IMG/VR virus record: IMGVR_UViG_3300042937_001707
Coordinates: 14,985-78,984 of that record
Direction: 5' to 3' (one strand)
Length of the DNA: 64,000 nt
DNA from: a virus
Numbering within the stretch: position 1 is the stretch's first letter; every line of letters begins with the position of its first letter. A program made the translations under genes and the position numbers. Shown here one piece after another: positions 22,101-32,600 of the stretch. The notes under the pieces were generated by a model. That model made no database searches and had not been told where the DNA came from. It saw only the letters and a list, made by a program, of their open reading frames with translations.

Positions 22101-24969
22101 TTTATCAACTAATGTTAGAATTTGGGACAACAATAATTCAAATTATCATGAAATTGTTACTGGAGATACAACAGCTAATTATTTGTTAAATCTTGCCGCT
22201 GGAAATACTACTCTAGTTCCCGGCACTATGGTTCCAACTTCTTTAACTATTACTGCTTCTGGAGGTATCGCAACCGACGCGACTACCAATTTAAGCGTTA
22301 ATAGACAGTTCCAATTAACTGGACAAGCAAGGAGCTTACATGATTTAGCAACTACTGGTCTATTTACCAGAAACTCTGCCGGATCTATAATTTCAAGATC
22401 TATCGCTGTTTCTGGAACAGGAATTTCTATTACTAATGCTGATGGATCTGCTGGAAATCCAACAATAACTTCTAATGCTACAAGTGCAAATACCGTTTCT
22501 ACAATTGTTGCTAGGGATGCTTCAGGTAATTTCTCTGCAGGAACAATTACCGCATCTTTAAGCGGTAATGCAACCAGCTCATCTAAAGTAAACAGCATTT
22601 TAACCAGAGGTACATATTTAACAGGCAGCAATTTTGACGGATCTGCAGCAACCACTTGGACAGTAGATGCTACAACAACTAATACAGCAAACAAAATTGT
22701 TGCTAGAGATGGATCTGGTAATTTCTCTGCGGGAACAATTACCGCAGCTTTAAGCGGTAATGCTTCTACTGCAACTACTTTACAAACTGCAAGAAATATT
22801 AATGGAGTGTCCTTTAATGGTTCTGCGAATATACTCGTTCCAAATCTTTTTGGAACCAACGGAACAACAACACTAAACACAGTAGGTGTTACTTCTGGTG
22901 TGAATTATGCAACCATAACAAACGCTGCAAACGGATCTCCAGTGTTGATATCAACAGAGGGGCAGTTTGATAGTAATGTTGGTCTAACCATATCTACAAA
23001 AGGTACTGGGGCGATAACTCTAGATACCGGGGTTGGATTAGGAGCTATAGACCTAAAACCAGGAACTAGTACCGTAAGAATATGGGATACTAATAACACC
23101 AATTATTGGGAATTCATTACTTCTGACGTAACGTCCAACTATTCTGTTACTCTTCCGGTTGGTAATGTTGTATTAACTGCGGGTACTATGGTTCCAACAA
23201 GCAGAACATTGACAATAGCGAATGGAACTGGTATTACTGGCGGCGGTTCTGCTACAGATTTATCTACAAATAGATCATGGACTATTGGTTTAACTGGACA
23301 AGCATTAAACCTTCACGACATGACAACTACTGGATTATTTACTAGAACATCTTCTGGTACAATAACTGCTAGGTCTATCGCTGTTTCTGGAACAGGAATT
23401 TCTATTACTAATGCCGATGGATCTGCTGGAAATCCAACAATAGCTTCTAATGCTACAAGTGCAAATACCGTTTCTACAATTGTTGCTAGAGATGGATCTG
23501 GTAATTTCTCTGCAGGAACAATTACCTCATCTTATTTTAATTCTTCTGATAATTCAGTTACTACTGGTGTGACTGGAATTATATCGAAGACTTCTGATAA
23601 TTTTTATAGAACTGCTAGTGCTGCTGCTGTCGCAAGTTTTATCAGCGGTCAGACAATGAACATCAACGGTACTGCTACTGGTATTGGTGGTGCTGGAACC
23701 GTTAGCGTATCGACAGGATCATTTAGTTCTACTTTATCAGTAACTGGACAATTCTCGTCTTCTACGAGAATACTTGCTACTGGTTCTCAAGCATCGTCTT
23801 CTTTAGGAACTTCAACAGGTTCTCTTGGTGGTATTGAAATCCAAGGACCAAACAGTTCTTCCGCAGCATTCATAGCATTTCATAGACCAGGAGCTTACGC
23901 TACATATTTTGGTCTAGGAACTAACAATAGACTGCAAGTCGGTGGTTGGTCTGCTGCAACATCATCGTGGAATATTCCGTATTCCACTCTTGGTATAGCA
24001 TTTGACAACACCGATCAAGCAGGAACTCCGGCAAGGGTTTGGGGTGGTACAAACGACGCAACAACTTGGTACGAATACACTCCAGCAACATTAACTGTAG
24101 GATCGTATTTAACTGGTTCTAATTATACTGGCTATAACGCAACCACTTGGGCAGTAGATGCTACAACAACTAATACAGCAAACAAAATTGTTGTTAGAGA
24201 CGGTTCTGGTAATTTCTCTGCAGGAACAATTACAGCATCTTTATCTGGTAATGCGTCTACTGCAAGTAAAGTAAATAACATTTTAACCAGAGGAACATAT
24301 TTAACAGGCAGCAATTTTGACGGTTCTGCTGCAACCACTTGGGCAGTAGATGCTACAACAACTAATACAGCAAACAAAATTGTCGCTAGAGATGGTAACG
24401 GACAAATTACTGCTACTACCGCAATAATTGGAACCTCCGAATTTAGTAGTGTTGGGACTATTGAACTGGGAAGACAAGGAACAGGCGATAGGGGAGCTTT
24501 AATCGACTTTCATTCAGCAGGAACTCCTGGGCAATATGATTATCATGCTAGAATTATTAAAGATGTTGGTGCTAATGGTAATTTTTGGATGTCTAATATC
24601 GGTTCCGGTAATACTGGAATGTCTGCCGGAACTGGAACTGCAATTTTAAGTCCCTCAGGAGATTTCACTGCTTCTGGAAACGTTACTGCATATTCCGACA
24701 AAACGCTGAAAAAAGATGTTATTACATTAGAAAATTCTTTAGATAAAGTTTTAAATCTAAGAGGTGTGTCTTTTACCAAGATTGACTCCAATAAGAAAGG
24801 AATCGGTGTAATTGCTCAAGAGGTTCAAGAAGTTCTTCCAGAAGTTGTTGTAGAAAATTCCGATGGAATACTTTCAGTTGCTTATGGTAATATCGTAGGT
24901 GTTCTAATTGAGGCAATTAAAGAACAGCAAAAACAAATTGACGAACTAAAATCTAAAATAGGAAACTAA
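19102..24969 (+). CDS. Long tail fibre with C-terminal S74 intramolecular chaperone
   Basis: 1955 aa rich in T/S/N/G with internal repeats; ends GNVTAYSDKTLKKDV...[14 protein letters not shown]...[16 protein letters not shown]. Confidence 0.88.
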   Translation: MANNITNIYFSNTFGDLVRTANNLVNAWQYLGFYDWDKPSGTFSISSSGTGFLSNTISVFSRETRVEGVGSSLYVQNNAEVGKTLSLTDRANNVTLYSNGTSIFSGGYQNYASYLTGIGYENVNNSYGIVTLAKSLFANSVDILETANVNLIQANNQIIYYNLSGNTAQFSANVTVGNLVSNNFIYAANNISTNRNLFVSVNSHVIGLSYTDRLQANTSANTRYLSVTDDAFVDYLQANTNLQTGVAVANTRVVTGIVQANNTVIANTVTANSIVTSPTLHGSSNVFSGYVQANTRIVTGIVQANNTVIANTVSANSLVTTPTLHGSSNVFTDYVQANTRVVTGIVQANTNIFTATISANSSIVTPTVQASSNVYTGFLKANNLIVTDVIESQSRVITDTALANTRIITATLQSNNSILSNDILANTRVVTGIVQANTHIYTDYAQANTRVVTGIVQANTNVITNDVLANTRVVAGFVQANNTVISNTISANTVVTSPTLHGSSNVFSGYVQANTRVVTGIVQANNIVHSNTVSANTVVTSPTLHGSSNVFSGYIQANTRVVTETVQSNTNVITNDVLANTRVVTETVQSNTNVITNDVLANTRVVTGIVQANTNVITNDVLANTRVVTGIVQANTRVVTETVQSNTNVITNTVSANSLVTSPTLHGSSNVFTAILQANSAANTQNLSVTQRIFTNDFISNTNILVVNNANTTNLYASNLVQANSVGYLDNSQNPSVYNVYSREALFNNASIVSNMVVGGDLKVLGATQYDGKSIRLSANSPSWWTNTIPAELIVNRKLDEANGIWYSANSDAAISWSDLSLRWRAVDVPNSTANSKIYTNLLLELDIADNLNETSSVRVPSSRVHSLTRTHANSAFLNSNSAYTHANSVYTHANSAITIGTTPVYLNRTNTVFGGISTLSVTGTTLSNFVVANTNVISPIVVSNSLQANNFANTQNLSVTQTIFTRDFRANNDAFIAEEANVNNKLVVSGLTGQIDLKPLSTNVRIWDNNNSNYHEIVTGDTTANYLLNLAAGNTTLVPGTMVPTSLTITASGGIATDATTNLSVNRQFQLTGQARSLHDLATTGLFTRNSAGSIISRSIAVSGTGISITNADGSAGNPTITSNATSANTVSTIVARDASGNFSAGTITASLSGNATSSSKVNSILTRGTYLTGSNFDGSAATTWTVDATTTNTANKIVARDGSGNFSAGTITAALSGNASTATTLQTARNINGVSFNGSANILVPNLFGTNGTTTLNTVGVTSGVNYATITNAANGSPVLISTEGQFDSNVGLTISTKGTGAITLDTGVGLGAIDLKPGTSTVRIWDTNNTNYWEFITSDVTSNYSVTLPVGNVVLTAGTMVPTSRTLTIANGTGITGGGSATDLSTNRSWTIGLTGQALNLHDMTTTGLFTRTSSGTITARSIAVSGTGISITNADGSAGNPTIASNATSANTVSTIVARDGSGNFSAGTITSSYFNSSDNSVTTGVTGIISKTSDNFYRTASAAAVASFISGQTMNINGTATGIGGAGTVSVSTGSFSSTLSVTGQFSSSTRILATGSQASSSLGTSTGSLGGIEIQGPNSSSAAFIAFHRPGAYATYFGLGTNNRLQVGGWSAATSSWNIPYSTLGIAFDNTDQAGTPARVWGGTNDATTWYEYTPATLTVGSYLTGSNYTGYNATTWAVDATTTNTANKIVVRDGSGNFSAGTITASLSGNASTASKVNNILTRGTYLTGSNFDGSAATTWAVDATTTNTANKIVARDGNGQITATTAIIGTSEFSSVGTIELGRQGTGDRGALIDFHSAGTPGQYDYHARIIKDVGANGNFWMSNIGSGNTGMSAGTGTAILSPSGDFTASGNVTAYSDKTLKKDVITLENSLDKVLNLRGVSFTKIDSNKKGIGVIAQEVQEVLPEVVVENSDGILSVAYGNIVGVLIEAIKEQQKQIDELKSKIGN
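19840..21150 (+). repeat. Tandem 10-11 aa QANT/VLANTRVVTGIV repeats in the long tail fibre
   Basis: Many near-identical DNA copies, e.g. actaatgatgttttagcaaatactagagttg. Confidence 0.9.
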
Positions 24970-24970
24970 T

Positions 24971-25318
24971 ATGTCAGCAGGATATTTAGAATTATTTTTG
25001 GAACAAGGGGAAGATTATTCCGTTAATATCACATTAGACGGATTAAACGGTTATCCATATAATCTTACCAATTCTAACGTAAAATCTGATATAAGAAAAT
25101 CTTATTGGTCTGCGAACGTTGCTGCTTCTTTTTCTGCAAATGTTGCTAATACCCAATTAGGGATTATAAATTTATCACTATCTGCAAATACTACACAAAA
25201 CATTAAATCTGGAAGGTATGTTTATGACGTTTTTATAACAAATACATCAAACCCCACTAATAGATCAAAAGTTTTGGAAGGGATTATTCACGTAGAACCT
25301 AGTTCAACTAAAATATAA
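24971..25318 (+). CDS. Small Ig/BppU-like virion adaptor protein
   Basis: LFLEQGEDY...GRYVYDVFI...SKVLEGIIHVEP pattern. Confidence 0.6.
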   Translation: MSAGYLELFLEQGEDYSVNITLDGLNGYPYNLTNSNVKSDIRKSYWSANVAASFSANVANTQLGIINLSLSANTTQNIKSGRYVYDVFITNTSNPTNRSKVLEGIIHVEPSSTKI

Positions 25319-25330
25319 GTTTGACATTTT

Positions 25331-25338
25331 TATAAATA
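25331..25338 (+). promoter_or_regulatory. T4-type late promoter
   Basis: Intergenic TATAAATA. Confidence 0.8.
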
Positions 25339-25360
25339 CTAATAAAATTAGGAAACTAAA

Positions 25361-25648
25361 ATGTCAATCAGAGCAGTATCAGTAAAAGTCAATGGGCAAA
25401 ACCCAACTAGAGTTGGTAATGTGACTTATGATAATACTATTAATGTTAAAGTTGATAACCAACAAGATTATTCTGTAAAATCTATAAATTATGGAGCTAA
25501 AAAAATATCTCAGTTAGAAGACGTTTACTCTTTTAGTCCTGTGGACGGTAACGTGTTGGTATTTAATGCTGTAACAGGTAAATATGTATCCAAAAGGATA
25601 GACTCTTCTTCTATTGACATAAACAATATTGATGGCGGATTATTTTAA
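25361..25648 (+). CDS. Small structural protein ending IDGGLF
   Basis: Late promoter and AGGA SD upstream; ISQLEDV...DGNVLVFNAVTGKY fibre motif. Confidence 0.7.
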   Translation: MSIRAVSVKVNGQNPTRVGNVTYDNTINVKVDNQQDYSVKSINYGAKKISQLEDVYSFSPVDGNVLVFNAVTGKYVSKRIDSSSIDINNIDGGLF

Positions 25649-25664
25649 AAAATTAGGAAAATAA

Positions 25665-27170
25665 ATGGCAAATACAATCATCCAAATAAAACGCTCTCAA
25701 ACCACAGCGTTACCAACCACACTAAATTACGGTGAGTTAGCATATTCGTTCCAATCTGGTAAAATAGCAATTGGTGACGCTACTACTGGAGTTGTTGTTA
25801 TAGGCGGCAATACCTATACACAAATGCTAGATGCCGCCACTTCTTCTAATACTGGTTCTACCATTGTTAAGAGAGATTCTGACGGAAGTTTTTCCGCCAC
25901 TGTTGTTAATGCTAGTTTATGGGGTAACGCTAATACAGCAACGAAATGGCAAACCGCAAGAGACGTATTTGTTTTTGGTGATGCGTCTGGTTCTGCATCT
26001 ATAGACGGAACTGCTAATGCCGGTATTGGATTAACTTTCGCAACAGTAAATAACAACGTTGGAACGTTTGGTGGCGTTTCTCAAATTCCAGTATTTACGG
26101 TAAACGGTAAAGGTCTTGTTACTGCAGCAGCTAATGTTTCCATTGCAACAACACTTAATATAACTGGCGATACTGGTTCTGATGGCGTTTCTCTATTAAC
26201 AGAGACTTTGAATTTCCAAGGTGGAGATGGAATTACCACCACAGTAACCGACGATAATATTTCTATATTCGTTGATAATACTGTTATTAGAACTTCTGGC
26301 GGACAAACTGTTGGTGGCGATTTAACAGTTTCCGGCGATTTAACCGTACTTGGTAACACAGTAACAGTTAATACTTCTAGTTTGTTTGTAGAAGACTCTC
26401 TAATTAAACTTGCAAACAATAATACTTCTGGCGATGGTTTAGATATCGGTTTCTATGGAACTTATAACGACTCTGGAGTTAAATTCTCTGGTTTAGCCAG
26501 AACCATTTCGGATTCTAAACAATATTTCTTATTTAAAGGCTTGGATGACGACCCCACAGGAAATACGATTCCTTCTGCTTCCATTACTGTTGCTAATACC
26601 GCAACATTAAGAGCTAATGTAACTGGTGGTGTAATATCTAATTTACATCAAGCAATCCAACCTTCAGATGGTGGTACTGGACTAAGAAGTTATACCGTCG
26701 GCGATATAATTTTTGCTAATGGTTCTACTTCTCTAACAGTATTAAGCGACGTTTCTGTTGGTAGCGTTTTACTTTCTGGTGGTACTGGTGTAGCACCTTC
26801 TTACGGAAAAGTTGGTCTAGCCACTCACGTAGCAGATATTCTACCTATCGCTCATGGCGGTACTAATGCTGCGGCAATTGGTTCTGCTGGTTCTGTTGCG
26901 TATAGTAATGGTACATCGTATCTATTCAATACAGTTGGAACAACAGGACAAGCGTTTATATCTGGCGGTTCTGGCGCTCCTACTTTTGGAACATTAGATT
27001 TGCTTGGTGGTGGTCTTGGTTTCACCAATCCAAACGCAAACTCAGCAGTATTCTATTCCGGAAGTGGAAATGCTATGTCTTATACAAATTCTGCTTCTGA
27101 CGGTCATGTATTACAATTTGCTGCGGCAACTGGAGTAAAATTCGGTCATCTTGATGGCGGATCTTTCTAA
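25665..27170 (+). CDS. Tail fibre protein with Mtd_N/gp37-type N-terminus, ending LDGGSF
   Basis: MANTIIQIKRS...LNYGELAY; GDLTVLGNTVTVNTSSLFVEDSLIKLA; LPIAHGGT repeats. Confidence 0.75.
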   Translation: MANTIIQIKRSQTTALPTTLNYGELAYSFQSGKIAIGDATTGVVVIGGNTYTQMLDAATSSNTGSTIVKRDSDGSFSATVVNASLWGNANTATKWQTARDVFVFGDASGSASIDGTANAGIGLTFATVNNNVGTFGGVSQIPVFTVNGKGLVTAAANVSIATTLNITGDTGSDGVSLLTETLNFQGGDGITTTVTDDNISIFVDNTVIRTSGGQTVGGDLTVSGDLTVLGNTVTVNTSSLFVEDSLIKLANNNTSGDGLDIGFYGTYNDSGVKFSGLARTISDSKQYFLFKGLDDDPTGNTIPSASITVANTATLRANVTGGVISNLHQAIQPSDGGTGLRSYTVGDIIFANGSTSLTVLSDVSVGSVLLSGGTGVAPSYGKVGLATHVADILPIAHGGTNAAAIGSAGSVAYSNGTSYLFNTVGTTGQAFISGGSGAPTFGTLDLLGGGLGFTNPNANSAVFYSGSGNAMSYTNSASDGHVLQFAAATGVKFGHLDGGSF

Positions 27171-27191
27171 AAAAGATCTTTAGTAAAAACA

Positions 27192-27199
27192 TATAAATA
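27192..27199 (+). promoter_or_regulatory. T4-type late promoter
   Basis: Intergenic TATAAATA. Confidence 0.75.
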
Positions 27200-27201
27200 A
27201 T

Positions 27202-27242
27202 AACCGTAGGAAGGAAAAATATATTCTTTTCTACGGTTTTTT
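27202..27242 (+). terminator. Terminator-like hairpin immediately downstream of a late promoter
   Basis: aaccgtaggaaggaa / ttcttttctacggtt 15-bp stem with GU pairs, followed by Ts. Confidence 0.5.
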
Positions 27243-27259
27243 ATTAATAGGGGTGATAA

Positions 27260-27778
27260 ATGAATAATGAGAGATTTTTTAACGCTTATGTTGAATTGTT
27301 GACGTCAACCTTTCATGACGCTTTGGGAAAAAATATAGTATTCCAAGCGCAAGCAAAAATCAATGCAGAAGATCAAGAAGAATTAAAAAAGAAGGTCGAA
27401 ATTTTAGAAAATAAGTTACAAGAATTTAACGACATAGAAAAGAACATAGAAGAAAAGGACCACCAACTACTCGATAAAAATACAGAAATTGGTAGATTAA
27501 AAAACGAATTCGAACAAATAAGAGCAGAAACAAACCACTTAAATACTTTTAAGAACGAGTTGATTTCTGCAAGACAAGAATTACAAAATAAAGAAAAAGA
27601 AAAAGAAAAACTCGCGTTAAGATACGAAAAGAAAATAGAAGAATTAAACTCTAAAATAGAATATCTACAAATGACGCCAGCACAAAGAAGAAAATTTGAT
27701 GCTAAAAACGCTCCCGTAGTAACTAAAGAAATTAAAGAAGAAGTAGATTCCTATTCTAAAGACGGCGGAACATTTTAA
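27260..27778 (+). CDS. Charged coiled-coil protein ending KDGGTF
   Basis: E/K-rich heptads; GGGG/GGTG SD; 172 aa. Confidence 0.75.
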   Translation: MNNERFFNAYVELLTSTFHDALGKNIVFQAQAKINAEDQEELKKKVEILENKLQEFNDIEKNIEEKDHQLLDKNTEIGRLKNEFEQIRAETNHLNTFKNELISARQELQNKEKEKEKLALRYEKKIEELNSKIEYLQMTPAQRRKFDAKNAPVVTKEIKEEVDSYSKDGGTF

Positions 27779-27788
27779 GAGATATTAA

Positions 27789-28793
27789 GTGGCGAACACA
27801 GTAATTCAATTAAAGAAATCTATAGTACCTGGAAATGTTCCTAGTAGTTTAGAAAGCGGCGAAATAGCGATTAATACCGCTGACGGTATTTTATTCTATA
27901 AAGATCCTTCTAATGTTATAAGAACCGTAAGAACAGATACCACAACAAACGCATATTCTGTTCTAAATGTAAATTCTTCATTATTAATTGCAACATCCAA
28001 TTCTGATATTTTATCTATAGACTCTACGGGAGCAATAACATTAACTCCAGATTCTGTTAATGATAAATTTACTATTGGAGTAAAATCCGGAACAGTTTTT
28101 GAAGAGGGTGTTGTTCAATTATACGATGGAGTTGATTCGAATTCTATTGTGTTAGTAGCAACAGCAAACGCATTAAACGCTGTCTATAACTTAGCAAATT
28201 TAGCATTTAACAGTTCTGGATCTGGTCCTACATCAACAAACTTAGCGTATCAAGAATTCACAGCCGCAAATAATCAAACAGAATTTTCCATTACAAATGG
28301 ATATAATATAGGTAAAATTAAAGTATTTGTAAATGGTGTACTTTTAAATTCTTCCGACTATACGGCAACAAATGGAACATCTATAATATTATCGTCTCCA
28401 GCACCTTTAGGTGACGACGTTTCAATACAAAAATGGTATAACGATGTAAATGTTGCAAATTCTTATAGTTTAATATATGGAAATATTGATTCGAATAATA
28501 TAATAACTACGACAAATAGCGCAAATCAAGTATTGGATTTATTTTCAACCGCGTTATATAGATCCGTGAAATATCAAATACAAGTCACAAGTTCGACAAG
28601 TTATCAAATAAGTGAATTATTGTTGATTCATGATGGAACCACTTCTTATATTACAGAATATGGTTTAATTACAACAAATGGCGTATTAATGAGTTATGAT
28701 ACAGACGTTTCCGGAGGATCTGTGAGATTATTGATATCTCCTACCAACAATAGCAATAGTATTAAATTCACAAAAACCTCAATTGTAGTATAA
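27789..28793 (+). CDS. Fibre/adaptor protein (Mtd_N-like N-terminus, conserved C-terminal beta domain)
   Basis: GTG start; MANTVIQLKKS...GEIAINTADG; KVFVNGVLL..SDYTATNGTSI; YRSVKYQIQV...LIHDGT..YITEYG. Confidence 0.7.
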   Translation: MANTVIQLKKSIVPGNVPSSLESGEIAINTADGILFYKDPSNVIRTVRTDTTTNAYSVLNVNSSLLIATSNSDILSIDSTGAITLTPDSVNDKFTIGVKSGTVFEEGVVQLYDGVDSNSIVLVATANALNAVYNLANLAFNSSGSGPTSTNLAYQEFTAANNQTEFSITNGYNIGKIKVFVNGVLLNSSDYTATNGTSIILSSPAPLGDDVSIQKWYNDVNVANSYSLIYGNIDSNNIITTTNSANQVLDLFSTALYRSVKYQIQVTSSTSYQISELLLIHDGTTSYITEYGLITTNGVLMSYDTDVSGGSVRLLISPTNNSNSIKFTKTSIVV

Positions 28794-28796
28794 TAT

Positions 28797-29534
28797 ATGT
28801 CGAATTCAAGAGCAATTTCAAAAATACCCTCTGGTCAATTATTTTCAAAATATAATGGGGCTAATAGTGGCGCATTATTGATGTTATCTGGAAATAACAC
28901 AATCGGAGGAACAACATATTTCGATTTATTAAAAGCAACAAATATTGCTCCAGGAACAACCGATCCAAACAAAACGGTTCGTTTAAATAGTACAGGAAGC
29001 ATCGAAATAATTGATAGCACCTATACTAATGTTATATTTACAATAACCAACAGCGGCAACATATCAAATAAAGGTACAATTACTCCGGGATCTTATACCG
29101 CAGGTCAAGTGATAAAAGATACTATGTTGGATAATAGTCAAGTTACTGTCGTTAGTACGACTATTGCAACGACAGGATCAACAGTGAATTTTATTACTTA
29201 TAATTATACTCCTGTTAGTTCATCGAGTTATTTGATCATTCACTATCATCTATCAAAATATCAACCACAAGGAACCACCGATGATAGTTGGTATTCGCAA
29301 TTATTAGTTGATAACACTGAAATTGCATACGCTTGGCAGATGGCTAATGATAATAATCAGGGTACAAGCGGTCGTTCGGGAGTATTATTCCCATTGACGG
29401 GTAGATACACAAATTCTAGCACATCAACAAAACAAATACAAGTTGGTGCTCGTAGAGACAGCGCCGATGATGGTATAATTATAGATAACTCTCCTACATC
29501 TATGTGGTTGCGTATTACAGAGATTGCAAGATGA
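28797..29534 (+). CDS. Putative fibre-tip/receptor-binding protein
   Basis: T/S-rich; GQVIK...YTPVSSSSYLIIHY...LRITEIA C-terminal domain typical of phage fibre tips. Confidence 0.5.
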   Translation: MSNSRAISKIPSGQLFSKYNGANSGALLMLSGNNTIGGTTYFDLLKATNIAPGTTDPNKTVRLNSTGSIEIIDSTYTNVIFTITNSGNISNKGTITPGSYTAGQVIKDTMLDNSQVTVVSTTIATTGSTVNFITYNYTPVSSSSYLIIHYHLSKYQPQGTTDDSWYSQLLVDNTEIAYAWQMANDNNQGTSGRSGVLFPLTGRYTNSSTSTKQIQVGARRDSADDGIIIDNSPTSMWLRITEIAR

Positions 29535-29565
29535 ATTTTCTTTGTTAATATTTTTTAAATCTTAG

Positions 29566-29573
29566 TATAAATA
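29566..29573 (+). promoter_or_regulatory. T4-type late promoter
   Basis: Intergenic TATAAATA. Confidence 0.8.
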
Positions 29574-29604
29574 CTAAATAAACCTCCGAGGATAGGGAAT
29601 CGGG

Positions 29605-32600
29605 ATGTCAACAAAAAAGTTTACCACTAGGCATGGTATAGATGCCAATTATCAAGATATTGTTTCTGCCAATAATGTATCAACCAATACATTAACAGCT
29701 CTTGTTTCTACGGGAACTCCACCTCTAACCGTCTCATCAACTACAAAAGTTGAAAATCTCAACGTAGATTTACTCGATGGTTATAATACTGCAACATCAA
29801 ACGCTGCAAATACTGTAGTCGTAAGAGATGCAAATTCATTTATTTCTTTAAATGGATTGTATATGAACTCTTCCGAGGGATTGAAAAATATCTCGTGGAA
29901 TAATACATATTCAACATATGATATGGAACTACTAAATGGAGTTACATTACAAGTAGGACAAGAATCTCATATCTATGGTAGAGCAACAGAAACCATCCAA
30001 AATGGTAAAATTGTTATGTTCGCTGGCGCTCAAGGAGATGGTCTTCTATTAAGATTAGCAAATACACAAGTTACTGGATTTGAACCTAGATGGATTGTTG
30101 GTGTTGCCACCCAAACTATTCCTCAAAATAATTGGGGATATGTAACTTGGTTTGGTAAGGTTAATGACGTTGACACGTACAATTATTCTCTTGGAGATAT
30201 TTTATATCTAGATAATAACAATCCTGGAGCATTTTCTAATACAAGACCTACTGCCCCAGATTATGCTATAACATTAGCAGCAGTTGTTAGAGTTTCTAAT
30301 TCTCCATCTTCTAATAATGGCATTTTGATGGTTCGTCCAGATTTTGGATATGAATTATCAGAAGCACGTGACGTTAAGATTACTAATATTTCAGCAAACG
30401 ATGTTATTATTTGGAGTGCGAATAATAGATGGGAGAATAAACCTCAATCGAATTTAGATGTTGGCAATTCCGATAAATTAGATGGCGAACATGGTAGTTA
30501 TTATACAGGGTATACAGATACTGCTAATACAAACAATTTAATTTACACCAATAATGTAATAAATTCTAATGTAACATTATTACAGGGAATTAATACTACC
30601 CAAAATACTAATATTAGCAATTTAACATCATGGTTAAGTTCTAATGTAAGTTTGATTGCTGGAGTTGATAATACCCAAAATACAAATATATTATCTATAC
30701 AGGAAGTAGATAATACTCAGAATACAAGATTGACTGTTATTGAAGGTGTTGATGTTACTCAGAACACCAATATTAGCAATTTAACATCATGGTTAAGTTC
30801 TAATGTAAGTTTGATTGCTGGAGTTGATAATACCCAAAATACAAGATTGACTGTTATTGAAGGTGTTGATGTTACTCAAAACACATTTACTCAAGCAGCA
30901 TTTACTCATGCTAATGCCGCATTCTTATCTTCTAATACTAAATTTAGTTCTTCTGGTGGGACAATCACAGGAGATGTTGTTATTACTGGTAATGTTGCGG
31001 TTCAAGGCACTACAACCACTCTTGATGTTGATACTATTGCTGTAGAAGACAAGAACATAACTTTAGCAAATGTTGCTTCTCCTACGAATATTACTGCTGA
31101 TGGCGGTGGTATTACTGTTAGAGGAACAACAGATAAAACTTGGAATTGGATTAACGCAACTTCTTCGTGGACTTCTAGCGAAAATATTGACATTGCTTCT
31201 GGTAAAACCTATAAAATTAACGGAATAGATGTACTAACATCCACAACAATATCTAATATACAAGGAGTAGATAATACTCAAAATACAAGATTGACTGTCA
31301 TTGAAGGAACTGATGTTACCCAGAACACAAATATTACTAATTTAACAAGTTGGTTAAGTTCTAATAATACTCTGCAAACAAATATAAACGCGACTCAGAA
31401 TACTTCTATTACTGCAGCATTTATCCAAGCAAACTCTGCTTATAACCAAGCAAATACCACAAACACAAACGCTTCTAATGCTTCGAATTTGACTACAGGA
31501 ACAATTCCGGGCGATAGAGGTGTTACCGCTGGTTCCACAACTCCATCGTTTATTGAATATAATGGAACTACGAAAACTGCTGGTCAGTTTGATGGTGGTT
31601 CAACTGCACCAACAAATACTACTAGATTAAATTACGATGGTAATTTATATGCCACTACGTTCTATGGAGAAGGAACTGGTTTAACTGGAACTGCGTCAAA
31701 TTTAACTGCCAATGTCGCTAATTTTGAAGTAATAACCAACGCTACTTCTGGAACATATTATCCACAATTGGTTTCTGCTACTTCCGGAACTCTTGCTGGA
31801 TATACTAATAATGCGTTTGCGTTTGATGTTGCAAATGGTAGGTTTGGGATTGCGACAACAACACCAACAACAAAGTTACACATAACCGAAAGCGCCGGTG
31901 CTTGTGTACCAATTCTAACATTAGACAATTCTTCTGGTTGGGCTACTGGCATCAATTTTAAAGTCAATTATTCTGGTTATACGACTTCAAGAATAGTATA
32001 CGATTTTTATGGTTCAGAATTCGCCGGATTGTCTCACGGAATGAATTATGTTTCTGGTAGACCTTCAAATTCCAATCATTGGTTTAGAGACTCAGCAAAT
32101 AATATCCAATTAGCAATTTTAAATTCGGGTAATGTAGTAATTGGTTCTAATACTACAAATTACAAATTTGAAGTTGTGGGGACTGCTAAAGCAAATACAT
32201 TAACTCTAACTGCAAATACTGCTTCTACTAATACTACAACAGGAACATTAATTGTAACTGGTGGCGTTGGTATTTCGGGTGCATTAAATGCTACCACAAA
32301 ATCGTTCGATATCGTTCATCCTTCCGATCCAAATAAACGATTAAGATATGGTTCGTTGGAATCTCCATATCACGGAGTAAGATTAACAGGTAAAGGAAAA
32401 GTTATTAACGGAAAAGGAGTAGTAACCTTACCATATTACTTTAGAGATTTGGTTCATGAAGAAGATGTTAATATTCAATTAACAAATATTAAACACGGTA
32501 AAGTATTATGGGTAGAAGACATTAACATTAAAGAAAATCGGTTTACAGTGGGTATTGACGAAACTACTAGCATTTTTACTAAAGAATACGAATTCTTTTG

